Shown here one piece after another: positions 38,294 to 52,469 of a stretch of 64,000 nt of DNA (position 1 is its first letter; every line of letters begins with the position of its first letter). The notes under the pieces are model-generated. The model had not been told where the DNA came from, did no database searches, and was given only the letters and a program-made list of their open reading frames with translations. Position numbers and translations under genes: made by a program. The stretch covers positions 2,356,001 through 2,420,000 of the forward strand of contig NW_026782299.1 in NCBI RefSeq assembly GCF_031769215.1. The letters are read 5' to 3'. Source of the stretch: Ylistrum balloti (lineage: Eukaryota).

Positions 38294-41200
38294 CTGCAAG
38301 GGGGGATCAGATCTGCGACGCAGTAGTTTGTAAAACGATCCTCTGGTCGCTTCCAAAAAATGTACATCCCGCCATTGCGTTGCAAACTAAATCGGAACCC
38401 ATTTAAAAATACAACCGTGTTATGTTGTATGAAGATCCAACGACGGTAAACACACGAAAAGTTAACACAATTATTACGGTGTCGTCGCAACAAAATGAGA
38501 CCAGTGTAAGGACGCCGCGCTAACTATTGGAAGGCTTTCCATATGTTACAGACTGTTAGGGCAGACACACCACGCAAAGACAAAGATAATACGGTTACGA
38601 ATCAATTGCGTAAGTGCCTTAATCCTATACAACGGTCATCCGGATCGGACATTGACCCAGTTTGATCTAAACGACTTAACAGCAGGTACAATTCTTAACA
38701 CTGCAAATAAATGCCATATCACTCGACGCTGAGACTCTCTAAGATCACAAAAAAAGTCAGCATGCAAGGGCATAAAGATCTGTACATAGCAACTTTTGGT
38801 GAATTCCCGGTAATATGGACTTTCACATTTGAATGATTCTGTTAATTCATTCCGATTTTGAAACGGAAACTATTATCATTTTTTTACTTGCAATAATTTT
38901 GCTGTCACTCATTTACGGGTATTTGTTAAGAAAACATGCTAACGTTTTGTAGAATAGATAATATTCTAATGTCTCACAACATTGACGTACATACATTTTC
39001 TGCATTGACGTACATGAGAAGATGGAAAATAATTCAGAATGAAAATATTTTTAACCAATCATATATGAAATTTAATTTATGGAAATTAAAAGAGATTTTA
39101 AAAAGAGCAAACTTGAACTTACAGTGAATCGAAAATGCTTCACAAACGTGCGCAATGGCGAATGTTCATGTCATTTACAAACCCGTATCATTTGGTTGAT
39201 TGGCAAAGAGGCCTCTATAGATGTTCTTTCCAGTGATTCACCGAACAGGTTTCCATAGACTAATTGTTAGGAGGATGAATCCTCCGTAGACGATTCATTT
39301 GGAACATGAACATATGGGTTTCTGTAAGAAGATATCAGACTAATTACACAGAGAAATATCACCAAAGCCTCGACAATCCCCGACAATCACCGACGGTTGC
39401 TGTTGCTGACGCGTCTGTATTGGTCGTACTTATTGCCACCCTGGGGATGATTCCATACATAAAAAGGCACCGGGGTTAGATACTATTGTTAATGAAACCA
39501 CTCAGCAATCAACGAAGGGGGTCTATTAAAGGGATATCCCATCTTTAACGTCGTAATAGCATCCCAAACATTCAAAACTGTTTGATCATGATGCAGAATC
39601 AGCTTCGATGTGGTCACTGATAAGAATTAAGAATGAAGTGATTGGCCGATTTGTAGATATCGTATAGTAAATTAATCACCTTACTGTTATAGAAGGTCAC
39701 ATTGAAGGCTTTAGAAGATATCTATATGAATAATTACTCGGTAAGGAAATCAGAGAAATGTCAACAGGATGATGCTTGGCGTTTGTTACAGGAAAACTCA
39801 ATAAACTTCAGAATCGGCAGAGGATTGTTACAGATTTATTGATGGGGTCAAGGCAACGTGCCTGTGTTGTAAATGAATTCTAGATCTTGTCGAGAGTATC
39901 CCAGGCTCCAGAGGGTGATAAACGTTGCATTCACAAAGACATTGTTTATTGGTCATCCTATCAAATGTTACGATGAATTAAATGTTCATGTTTCTGGAAA
40001 ACTATAAGCAAACAAAACTATAAAGAATTATGATACATGTAATTTAAAAAAGGACCAATAATATTGTCGGATATTCTCATTACTTCTCTATAGATCCTTA
40101 CTGACATGTATTAATAGACAAGCTTGCCAACTGAACATTTATATGAAGTACAATAATAAAACACGGCAACATCAAGACGAAATCAAAAACAGCACTAAAT
40201 CACCTGTACGTTGGACCTAATATTAAAAGGTGAGAAGTCTTAATGGGCAAACACTTAATTCCGCTGTATTGATCAGATAAACATATGAACCCAGTGAAGT
40301 AAGAATACAACTTGGCGACAGTTCCTCAAAAATAATTTTCCAGTAGCCATCAAAGGACTATTGAATCTATTGACAACGATTGCAATTATATATTGAGTGA
40401 ATCCTGCTGTGCAGACTAGAGCAGCGCTTGTGAGTTGGTTGTATAACTAAGTACCTGGCAGCTATATACATCTATCCCCCATATCCTCTTCCAGTGCAAT
40501 GTGAAAGAGACTAAAAATCACCATGTAAGACATACGGTGTTTGATATTCTGTAAATAAAGTACTAAATGTCACAAACTTAATGACAGTAGATTTTTCAAT
40601 AAACCATATGTAAAGCTTCCATCCCATAAATTTAACAGCGTTTTTCAAGAACAAGGCTATCAAACTACCATAGTCTTAAACTGAACTGGGGTTTTCGCTA
40701 AGACCTTAGAAACGGAGATAATCACCGTTTGTGTATTCCTTAAGTGCAAACCTGTGGTGTTTTATTGATTATAGAATGGACCTAGGTACTTAAATAACCA
40801 CTAATAACTGATATTGTTATCGAAACGAACACAGGACATTTATGATATGATGGTCTGATAAATCTCCTCCAGACCCTCGTACGTACTACTAACTGTCAAT
40901 AGCTATCATAATAATGACCTAAATACAGCTTGGCGTGTCAAATGCAAATAACAACACCAACAGAAAAATGCATTGTGTACTCTCTCGTTTTATTCGGACT
41001 TACTGGCACCAGAGTAAATTGGACTTGGATACGCTATGTTTGTGAAAAGGTCAGACTGTCCATTACTACTAGCCAGTGGGATATACGGCTCGTAAAGATA
41101 AAAAAAAATCCATTCCTTTATACCAGCTGCTATTTTGCTGAAAGACAACAATTTTATTTCTGTCAGCACCATTTCAAGTTTATGACAGATAACCTGGGGA

Positions 41201-44200
41201 GTGCTGACCTCATACTATTGTTAGTAGTTATTATCGTCAAACTTCCATATTATTATAAACGCTTTCTTTTTCGGGATAATATTTTTTGATTTTGTGAAGT
41301 TCACCCTTTCATAATTCCAAAATGCCATACACATGTCTCATATTTCCAGTTAGTGTAGATGCTATATTAAACAACAAGAAAATACCAACATGTCAAAATA
41401 ATCATAACCAAAGAAAAATTCAATAAAATTGAGCAAAAGGAACAAAAGGAAGATTTATACGTATATTCCTGAAAAAGTATAAGACCATGTGTTACGGAAG
41501 AGTAAGCGTCTTCTGCTTCATCGATGATATCCGTGAAGAAATCACAAGTGTTCAAATGAGAACACAGTATGCAACTATGGAACCAACGGGCAAACGAACG
41601 ACCATTAAACAAAGCCAGCTTCATATAGCAAAATTGATCTCAATGGGACCCATTGACGACCATACAACTTCCCCATAATTTTCATCAAAGTGTATCACGA
41701 ATTCCTGTACTTATAAGTTTGTCTATCAGTTGTCGATATCTGCTTGATTGTCAACTATGATACTGTGAAAGAGAGTGAAACACATCAGGATCGAGAGTGT
41801 CAAGTTACATTATCACTTTTCTCTCGTGCTCTATGTGCTAATGAATTCAGTACGAAAGACATTACTTCCATCTTGCTGTGTTTCATAAGTTTGTCATGTT
41901 GTCAAATACTTTTCCGTCGAAATGTTATCGTTTTTGAAGTGATTTACTTTATATTTGTGGCTAGAAAGTGTATATATAACGACATTTTATACTTTGTGAA
42001 TTACAAAACATCATGTCTTACGTCATATCAATACTTCTCATATGAAAGCCAACTGTAGCAAATGCACATTCTAATTATAAATCTCCTCAATCAACAATAG
42101 ATTTATTCATTCCAATTATGGACACTAATAATATTTGCATGTCATAGCGTGCTCTAGAACCCATCTTATTTTCCTTTCTCACACAAAACAAATGATACTA
42201 TTACTATGAATGTGCTTGATCATTTCCTTGAAAATGTGTTTGTGAATTCATGCTGAGTTCTGGATATAGTTTTAAAAGTCTAAAGTATACTCATGGGAAA
42301 CAGAGAATCCAAAATGTTTTATCAAAATAAAATCTTTAATTATATATAGCCTTTAAGGAAGAAATTAATCCCTGACGAGATGCTATCAGTTTCAAGATAG
42401 GAAATGCGGAATATGTATTGCAAAAGTTTGGTATATAAACACAACAAGAAAATATCAACTTGTGAACAGAATCATAATTCAAAATGAAATTCAATAACTT
42501 AAAGAACAGAAATATTTACTAAATAAAGTAATCAAATATATATCACAAAACAAAGCATTCCAAAATGAAATAACATATATAACTACGGATATTGCATAAG
42601 TAAACTTACTGTATTGCATGTTATAATAAGAGAATTTCAATTATTGCGGTCCTACCCACGCCTTTGTACTGGAACATCTCAGTAAAGAGAATTAAAGCAA
42701 ATATTAATCCCGTTAACAGACATGTAAAAAGACAAGGATATTAATAGCACCTGTCTCCTCAATATAGAATCTGCTGTAACCATGAAATACGCACATAGCA
42801 CGAAGGCAGTGCTTAAACATTTTACGAAAGGTTAGACATAGTGGCAAGAACAGCCCACTCAGGCCTAAGTATATTTTAGGAACACTAACTCAATTTCCAG
42901 ACAATAAAATATCCCCAAAATAATTCCACGCCAAAGTTTACGACTTACGACATTTCTCATAAACGTCTTCTTCCTCGTTTCATGTAATACGTGGGTTTAT
43001 TCTGAAAACATTGTAAAGGAATTACTTTTTTGTTTGACGTGTACAATTCAAAACGCTTATCGGTGGTAGGTGAATAAACGAGCGCTTTAGAAGGGCGACC
43101 AGTACATATTGCCTATGCTTAAAAGCATTTATTTTGAATACTATAATAAAAAGTCCGTGTCCCTGATTTTACAAATGCCTCATCAAATACTTTAATAGCG
43201 ATTTCTTAATTGTTCAAGCCTATGCCTCAATGACAACAATAAAATAAATTGTTTAGCGGATAATGTAAACCCTTACCAATACACAACAAGAAAAGACCAG
43301 CATGTGAATATTATCACAATCCAGAATCAAGTTTTAATAAAACTGGGGCAAAATATGATCGAAGAAAGATTTACAAGGAGAATACTGAAAAGATACAATG
43401 GGTATAAAACCAGGTGTTCCGGATTAGCAAGCGTCTTCTGCTTTATCGGCGGTAACCCGCTATGTAAAATCTTTGTCAATCCCAGGAATGTCACGTTCTC
43501 AAATACGAACAAGGTATACAGCAGGCAAACTAAAGAGCATCAAATAAAAAAATTTCTAATGACGACCGCAAAACTGTAATTTCCATCAATCTGCATATAT
43601 TGAAATCCACTGCTATGAGATGTCTGTCACCTGCCGACATCTTACGTCTAATTTCCTTCTCGTTCATAAAAATTTCTTTAAGACAAAATGTTACATTGGT
43701 AATATTACTTTATATTTAACTTTTTCCTAGTGGATTGATGTGATATCATATTGTCCATGCAATATTATGCCAGTATCGTGTGATTGGGTGGCGTGTTATG
43801 CTACGGTAAAATTGTAACGTTTTGACACTGAAAAAGCGCCCGTCAATAGCCCATTCCTCCGTTAAAACCTAAACAACTTGTTATCCTTATTGTTGAAACA
43901 TTGTTAGAATTATATGCCTATATCAAGAGATATATGACAATTCAAATGATACATGCATTTTAGTCATTTATTGTTAACTTCAGATGTGTTGAAAGTATTA
44001 AACCGCTTTGAAATTCTAGAATGTCAATATTACTAAGATCGACGAAAACTTTGCCCCAACCATTTTATTGTGTATGAAAATATTTTGTATTAAAACATTT
44101 TTTATGACATAATTTATGTTAACTGACACAAATCATAAACAAAAGAAATGAAGTCATTGGAAAACGGCACTAATTTCTTCCTCGTCAACTTATGTTTCGC

Positions 44201-47200
44201 AATGTCTTTTGTTGTACACACCTCTCTCAGTCCGGCTACACATAATGTCCTTATCTAGAGTTAAGTGCAAAAACGTTATCCCTTTTGCTGTCAGTGGTAA
44301 ATTTCTTAACTTAAACTATTTTACAACTGATAGGAGATGTTGAATATTTCCTCTCCAATATCTTTCAAATTTTTTTTTCTATCGTATTAAACACCAGTTT
44401 CGGAAGTCCAGCTTGGACATTGAAGTGTAGATATTTGTATTTGCCAAAACTGGTGCTCAGTAGTAGTGTAAGCTATCAGGAAATTCTACTGACGTCATAA
44501 TGCAATCATGACGTCAAAAACTGCCTTTATTCTGTATTTGCACGACCATATCACATGTTCGTGATGGTCAACGTTTGCTGAGAGAAATTCAATGGTTGAT
44601 TTCTATATTACCATTTCGATAAGTTTTTAATTGTGGTGTCTAGAATTGTCTGGTTTGAGATTCCGGTATTCGTTAAATATCAGCATTCTTAACAGGATAG
44701 CTTTTTGAACTGCAAAATCACAGAGGACTGTCTCGATCATCCCTGAAGGATCGTTATGGTTGTGATCAGGCTCCAAATTGAACCAGATATAAAACCTATA
44801 CCATCTTTTTTGCAATTTATTTCTGCTTCTCCTGCATAGTTACATTAAATTTAACGTTAAAGAGGAAAGAAAAAACTCTAGCTTAATTCGAATACGGTTT
44901 ATTTCGATGCGTTAAACTGTTACGGGTGTGTAAAAACATTTAAACGCGATTACAGCAAGACACGATGTAAACGTGGAAGAAATAAGTCATCAAAATGATG
45001 CCACATTCTTCAAACGACAACGAGAAAGGACAACGAATCTTCCAGGCTTGCTTGCAGAAAATATCTTTTTCAACGAGACTGTGAAATTCAGGTAGTGTCC
45101 ATAACATTTCATCTCGTTTTTCTATTTACCGCGGAAGAAGAAAATCATGACGAACCATAGGATATCAAATCTACTGTAACATGAAACTACCTTTGACTTT
45201 TGGAAGCAACAAAGTTGTTATCTAGTAATGGGATATTCATCAACTCTAACTCAATATAATGATATTTTGTTTACCAAGAGAAAAAACACAATATTTACTG
45301 AGTGAATCTATTGGCATTAAAGTGAAGGAAAACTGTTTCTTCACAAAAGAATTCCACATTACTCATGGTACATCGGCAAAATAGTTTACACTTTGAAGTC
45401 TGTAGTAAACGTTGACATTCAGCTTCTCATAATAACTCTGTACACATTTTGTAGACATATGCAAATGGGTAGATCAAAGGTATACAAATCCCTTGGTTAA
45501 GCAGATAACATGTTTAGATTAATAAAAGCGATCCATTCATTGATAGTTATGATAGACACCTTATCTAAAACACGCAGTAATTCGTCCGAACATCAGTGTT
45601 GATGAATCAATTTTCCGACACCCTGTTGTATCATTTTATTATTTAGACCAACCTACTATCAGTAGACTCTTATTATATTTTCTTTGTCATGGATATAAAT
45701 GAATGTTATTCACCCGCTTGTTGATTTAACTACACCGTACCATAATACATCTCGTCTCTATACTGCTAATGTAAATCTATCGAATTATGAGATTACGCCT
45801 GCCCTCAAGTCAATAATTGTTTACATTTCAATCAATCTTGTAACGACTGTTTACACACTTGAGGCCTCCTACTGTTGCACTTAATACAACTATAGGCCAC
45901 CTAATACACTCTTACAGAATAAAAATAGATCAACTTTGTGCTGTTACGTCAAACACAGCATCCACGTTCATGAGTAAACAGGAGACATAGTTTCGTATTT
46001 TTTTTATTAAACTCGTGCAACTATTTTAATTGTTTGTAAACATACAATAAATAGAATGGTGGAGAATGTGATTATTTTGTGACGCATGGTTTTTTTAGAT
46101 ATCAATAATCTCAAGGTATTGTTAGTCTCAAAATTAAGTCAACTTGAAGTAAACTTGAATGAACAACCAATATCAAATTAACAAATAAAGTGTACCGATT
46201 GTTGAACTTGGAATGTTTTATTACTGGAAATATCTCAAAGTAGCTTATGGTTTTGAGAAAAAAATATTTAAACCAATACTTTAGAAAACTTTCAATTAAC
46301 GTGCTTGCCAATAACTTTGTTTTAATGACATTGGAGTTATCAGTTGAATGAATATGTGTTTATTTTAATTGTTTTTTACTAAACATATCTTACTTTTATC
46401 TGAAATCGTTTAATTGTAAAATATTATCAAGATATTACTGAAATTTAGGAGATAATTATTTTACTAAGAAAGAAACTTACCTTTCTTAAATGATTCGTGT
46501 CGCACACCTGTCCCAAAAGACTTAAGAGACAAAGAAGGAGACTCTTGTCCCTTTCATTGAGCAGACACAAACCAGTCTGTCCTTGTCAGTTATTCCAATT
46601 CGAATAAAGACAGAGACAAAAACAGTGCCAAGAAACCCATGTGTTGTCGTCTGCATCAGATACAAATCAATCGATTTCAATAGTTCGTAGTGGCGCCATC
46701 TGTTGTTACATTTATATACATTCGGTACACCTCTCCCGTTATAGATATTGCTAGACTTTCCATTGAAACACACGCTTATTCACAAGGAGTTTTCAATAGA
46801 AATGGGAGTGAGGAAGTAAGCCCGTTGAATATTAGAACCGAAACAGGATGCTTGTTATTGAGAGCTACCCATCATCGTCCTTTTTGTGTGCCTACAGCAT
46901 GCGTCAGCCTACACTTGGCACACTGATGGTTACATATTTTAGACCAACACATATATATAGTATGTAAACATGCCAGAATCCTTTCCTACTGAAGGAAAAT
47001 ATCCAACATTATGACAAGAGGAAGCTATACATAGATTTCCTTGTCTCGGTGGAATGGTATATCGGTGTTTACGACGGCGTAGAAAATGGTTGAGTACAAT
47101 TCATTTGGAAGATCGAAAAAAAAGTTAGTTTTGTTAGTTTCAATTACGCTCGTTGCCAACGAAAATGTTTACACCCTAAAATCATACTGTAGAGAACGCT

Positions 47201-47744
47201 AGATCGCTAAACCAATCATTCGTATTCATTCAGGCAATAAATATCTGTTGATACGATATAATTCATTGGCATTCACATAACAATAATTGCAAAAACATAG
47301 ATGACATTAAGATCAAGTTCCAGTTAATTTGACTTGTAAGTTCTGAGTATTAATATCTTCTGGTCTTAAAAGTGAAAATGTTTTTTCTTTAAGACGGAAA
47401 TTTAGTCCAGATTATCACTTATTACATTTAATGATTCTACAAAAGACACATATGTGAAGAACCATGCAGCTGTATCGTCTGCAGAACTCTATAATGATTC
47501 TAAGGGTCTAAATTTGGAAACCTAGTAAGCGACTTTGGAAAAATCAAAAGTGATTAAAAAAATGTACAATTCCATGATTCAATAAATCTCGTAACTTTCA
47601 TATATCGGACATTTTAATAACAATGTCAAGTACAGCATTCCAGTAAGTTAAGATTTTGTAGTGAACATTTGAATTCATTATCCTCGAGAAAAAGTCAGAG
47701 AGATGACTGGGGATTTTTTCGTGAAATATTTTGTCACGACTTAC

Positions 47745-47837
47745 TAAGATTGACGTAGTAGACATGGGTCTGTATCGGGGATGTGGAGAAGAGGGATGTC
47801 TGGACCTTCATAGTTCTCATGGTCCTGTACACATCGC
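47745..47837 (-). CDS. Candidate 93-nt exon with similarity to the SK N-terminus
   Basis: Acceptor ttattttcttcttttacAG and donor TTA|GTAAGT, with two open symmetric frames. One frame reads RCVQDHENYEGPDIPLLHIPDTDPCLLRQS, compared with GMEGPGIPLV at the SK start. Confidence 0.4.
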
Positions 47838-48410
47838 CTGTAAAAGAAGAAAATAACAATCTATAAACTGCGAAATCAAGCAGTAGTGCTCTCAGCATGG
47901 ACGATCGAATATACAGAATGTTTGCCACACAATGTCAACTGAAACCTTTGTCATTGGCAACCAACACTGGCTGTCATGGTAACATTGGGAGGCGAATAGT
48001 TTTTCAGACCTTCTTGAATAACTGTAGATATATTTCACGTAGTAATATACATTACATCACTGAAAAGATAATTGTCTGTATAATAATGAGCACTTTGATT
48101 AACCACATCTGTTCATCCATATTTATTCCATTTCCAATGAACCTCTTGCCCAAAGCGACACTTAAAAGTTCCAAAATATTGGATTAAAAATATTAACACC
48201 ATTGATATATTCACATTTTGTGCACCTCCATATACCATCAATAAAAACAAGGATCGATATATTCACCTTAACCTGAGTTTTGATTTATTGGAGTAGTGAC
48301 ACGGTTCAGAAATAATAATCACCATGTACTTTACGCTCTTTTTGAAGATAAAAAACTACTGCAAAATTCATACATAAAATATCTCACTTTAATGTAAAAG
48401 TGCATGTGCC

Positions 48411-48413
<3 letters not shown>

Positions 48414-48484
<71 letters not shown>
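48414..48484. repeat. (CT)n microsatellite, about 35 units
   Basis: Uninterrupted TC run. Confidence 0.98.
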
Positions 48485-48489
<5 letters not shown>

Positions 48490-50691
48490 CAACAAATTCG
48501 TTCACATAGTATGCTTTAGTTCCTCTAGAGTTTGCACCACAACATCGGTAAGAAAAGATGGTTTTGTTTATGTTTAAAGCGTGAAGAGGTCAGTAACATT
48601 TCTCGAGCTGGAAAACAGTTTGGACAGTAAATATCATACTTTTTTTACGTTTTGTGCAAGAAAACAGAAAGAGAAAGAGAATATGATCACACCAATAACG
48701 ACACGCAAAACTAGGGCACTAGTCCAGTATGCATAGAATGTTTCGTCGTGATCAGTTTTCAAGTTGTAACCTGAATAATCCCCTTGTGCGGAGTGATTGA
48801 GCTTATTTTGACATCCCCCGGAAAATGCATTTTGTAGGGGATAATTAGAACATTTTCAATCTTACATGTCAAGGACATATATCATAAAAAATATTTCTTG
48901 ATGAATACTTCTAATCTACGTCATGAATTTAATTAATCGAATAAATGATTTGAAGCTAATGTGTTCTTACGCACAACTAATCTCCACATTCTTATTGGAC
49001 ACCGGTATAAGAGGATTCCACGAGATAATGGTATAAAACCTTTGTTACTATCATGCACGGAAGGTATAGAATGTGAACCAATAAGGAGGTAATTAGGTAA
49101 TTAAAATGAATGAGAATTTAAAAAAAAAAAAATCAGCACGATATAAAATGAACAGCTAAGAACTTTAAGTAACCGTCCGTAGGCAGTATGTGATAACATA
49201 GTAATATTACATACCTTTGGAAACGTAATCAGGTCTAATTTTCCTTGTACATTTGCTCGAGTCTCCGTGAAAATATTTCTTTTTACATATTTTGTCCTAG
49301 TTTTATTGAATTTGTGTTTGGATTATGATTATATACACACGTTTGTATTTCCTTGATTTTGTTTGTTGTTTCTGTAAATTCTATAAAATATGTCTGAATC
49401 AGTTTTCAATATAATGCCACAAACTATTTTTAAACTGTAAAGAAAGACAGATTTGGGGGAAGCAAATGCCAAAAAAAAACTATATTAAAAATAAATGAAA
49501 TTTTTCTTCGAGCAGAAAGTTTATTCTGGTCAACATTAGTACATCTACCCCGATTTTGATAAGATTTAGAAACTGTTTAAACTTTGATATATATAGAGCA
49601 GAATTACTATTCATTAAAAGGTAATTTTTGTGCAAAATAAGTGTGTTAGACACGTATCTAACGGTGACCACATAGTCAGTTTATAAGTGTTTATGCATTT
49701 CCTTTCCCTTCCTTACTGGATTGTAACAAGGCCGCAATCGTCACCAAGATAGATGTTTAACAAACTAACGTGTGAATATAATCCAAACTCAAATTAATAA
49801 ACTCTTTAAATAAAGTGTTGATAGGTTAAATGAGCAGTAATAAGCGAACGTTTTGAAATGCACTTTTACTGAGAATGAAACACATGGATATATAAACACT
49901 GATGTGTTATTGGGATTGCTCAGAATACCATCCTGCGCATTTTATCACTACAGTGGTTGTAACAATTGCCAGCCTCTGTACATGAAAGCTATCTCACATG
50001 GACACAGAGACAGTGAAATCCAGTTCTGTCGATCAGGGATGACATTACAGCGAACTAACCCGGAACTAACGCATGCCTCTGAGTGTATGTAATGAGCTTT
50101 ATATATCTACATTAAAGCGTGTCCGGTTGTGTAGTGTCTTCAGTCCGATACAGTCAAGGCTTCAATAGGATCATGTCATGTCCGATAATGTGAAAGTCAA
50201 TATTTAACCATACATATGTAAACTAAGGCTGTTGGTAATTTATATCTACTATCTGAAAGAAAACATTTACACTTCCGTTGTAAATAGAATTCCTATATAT
50301 AGATCTACAAACGGAAATATTGCTAAAATTCAGTCAGAATGATAATTGTAACGTTTTAGTTTTACCATCGGAAAATGTTGAGCCTTTTCCGGATAACTGC
50401 TTTTAGAAGTCAGGATTTCATGTATAAGTCCAATATTGGGGGATATTTGTCTGTGAACTGATGAATAGATGACCATACAAGACACGATATAGTGGTAAAA
50501 CAAAAACATCTTTTTATATGTAAATTAGCATCGCAATGAATCATTTAAGATTTATAACAGCCATCTTGATGATATAAAAACACATTTCCGTTTAAGTGAT
50601 CACCAGATTTATACAGAAAGATTTAATAGCACACATCTTTCAATTCTTTAGAGTTTATATTCAATAGAACCAAATAATGAACAGAACAGCA

Positions 50692-50729
50692 TCATACATA
50701 TGTTTCGTCCTTCTAGGATTCGTCAATGA
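50692..50729 (-). ncRNA. Degenerate minimal hammerhead ribozyme motif (Penelope type)
   Basis: Minus strand reads TCA TTGACGA ATCC TAGAA GGAC GAAAC ATAT GTA TGA. GAAAC, the palindromic ATAT loop and the GUA triplet are intact. It carries C3-to-U and stem II G-to-A changes, and has the same TAGAA loop as the 10595 copy. Confidence 0.6.
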
Positions 50730-51306
50730 ATATTGAAGAATATTGAATGAGATTTCAAATTAACGGCGAATACATGTGTGTATACTCGGGATCGTGCAAC
50801 TATTGGGATGAATGTGAACTTGGCATACAAGTCTTGGGAAATCTCGGGGACTATGAGTTTAACAGTAGTGTCAACCACAATCTCTCAAAGAAGCAAGCTT
50901 CAATACAATTATAGATGTAGGTACATTGGAAATACATGTCAGGAATGTGGTTGGGACTAATGAAGGAGCATAACCACTAAACTGTGTTATATACTGTAAA
51001 CTCGAGAAGGTTGGGTAGGTATTGTTAATACACGGATTTACTTGTCTACGAAATGAACAACAATTAACACTAACATTAATTGTCGGTGAATTTCGGGGCG
51101 GGGTGGTGAGTACAAATGCCAGCCGAAAAGCAATATCGTGAAACCACGACATTAAAGAATCTCATAAATAAAGGCATTTCACATTACTATCATGAATATG
51201 AGTACGATTATGTTTCAATCTATCAATTTTCTTCCTATGCATTATACAATATATATATATATATATATTCCTATAATAAGTTATTATCATACTCCCATTT
51301 GACATA

Positions 51307-51968
51307 TACTCAACAAAAAGAAAAGAAACGCACAAAGTTCCCCCTGCAGCACACATTAGCTGTAAGAAAATAATGGAATATTTGGTCAGGTATAACATCA
51401 AGAATTATCTCCCTATTTCGATCCAAATCACGCGGTGTGATCTAGCCAAGCCGGATTTTTTCAAACGAATAATTTAAACGGATATTCAAGCCCCATTTAT
51501 TTTCCACGTTGGAATTTTGATTTCGCCATTGACCGAGATGCCACGCTTGACGCAAATTCAGAGGAGTAGAGCAGTTGCGATGTTGAAGGATGGTCAAAGC
51601 CATACCGCCACGCTACGTGGTTGAACGAGATAGATTCAGTGGGGCTTCTGTTATGGTTTGGGTTGGCATCTCCCATAAAGTAAAATCCTCCTTAATGGTC
51701 ATGGATCCAAATATCAATGCTGTTCAATACAGAGATCAGATCCTCCAATCACATGTCCTTTCACTTCTCAGACGTCATAATATAATTTTCCAGCAAGACA
51801 ATGGTCGACCGCATGCTGCCAGAGTCAAGGCAAACAACGATCAGCCTCTGGAATTGCCACCATAAAGCCCCAACATGGTCTAGGGAAAACGAACGATATT
51901 GTCCAATTTAAATGAAAAGTTCATGAAATTACCAAGAAAGTTGATTAGCGTCTCTTCATCTGTGTATC
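51307..51968 (+). mobile_element. Internally deleted Tc1/mariner element
   Basis: ATG 51538 gives MPRLTQIQRSRAVAMLKDGQS, fused to YVVERDRFSGASVMVWVGIS...FQQDNGRPHAARV...LELPP*SPNM (DDE domain). The left end TA|TACTCAACAAAAAGAAAAGAAACGC is TIR-like, with a weak degenerate right end near 51947-51968. Confidence 0.85.
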
Positions 51969-52469
51969 GTCTCTGATCCCCTTTTATTTAGTGCCAAAAT
52001 AAGGCTTATCATCGCTCTTGCCTCGCGTAAGGCAAAGACGACAAACAAAATTCTGACCATTTTGAATCACACAACACTATATCACCTTAATCAAGAACGA
52101 TGCTGTAAACGGTCAAATTGCACTGCCAAAAAGTAACCAGTCCTTCTTGGCCGTGTCTAGTTAATATACAGTATTCTCTGTAACATCACTGTATAAAGTT
52201 ACTATTCAATGCCAACGTTTAGTCTTATATGTCTTATTTGTTGCCCTTACATTTAACTTATATGATGTGAAAAACAAACCTGTAGTTCTATTGATATGTT
52301 GACACATGTACAACAACTAAATGTTGAAAAGTGGCAGTTGGGAACTATGTCAACATGACATCATCATTGCTTCATACCTCTGATCTTTCGTACATAAACT
52401 GATTCATGGAAGATAAAAGGATTACTCCAAAAAGAATGCACTTACCTTATATATTAGCACCCCTCCCCC

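Noticed and set aside
39525-39547. TTAAAG-GGATATCC-CAT-CTTTAA mini hairpin resembling Kolobok ends
   Set aside because: The arms are too short to distinguish from chance in AT-rich DNA.
40453-40462. TACCTGGCAG resembling the U1 snRNA 5' region
   Set aside because: It is a 10-nt match only, with no further U1 sequence or Sm site.
43270-43600. Hydrophobic frame interrupted only by TGA, suggesting a mitochondrial-code NUMT
   Set aside because: Reading TGA as Trp gave no motif I recognise from any mitochondrial protein.
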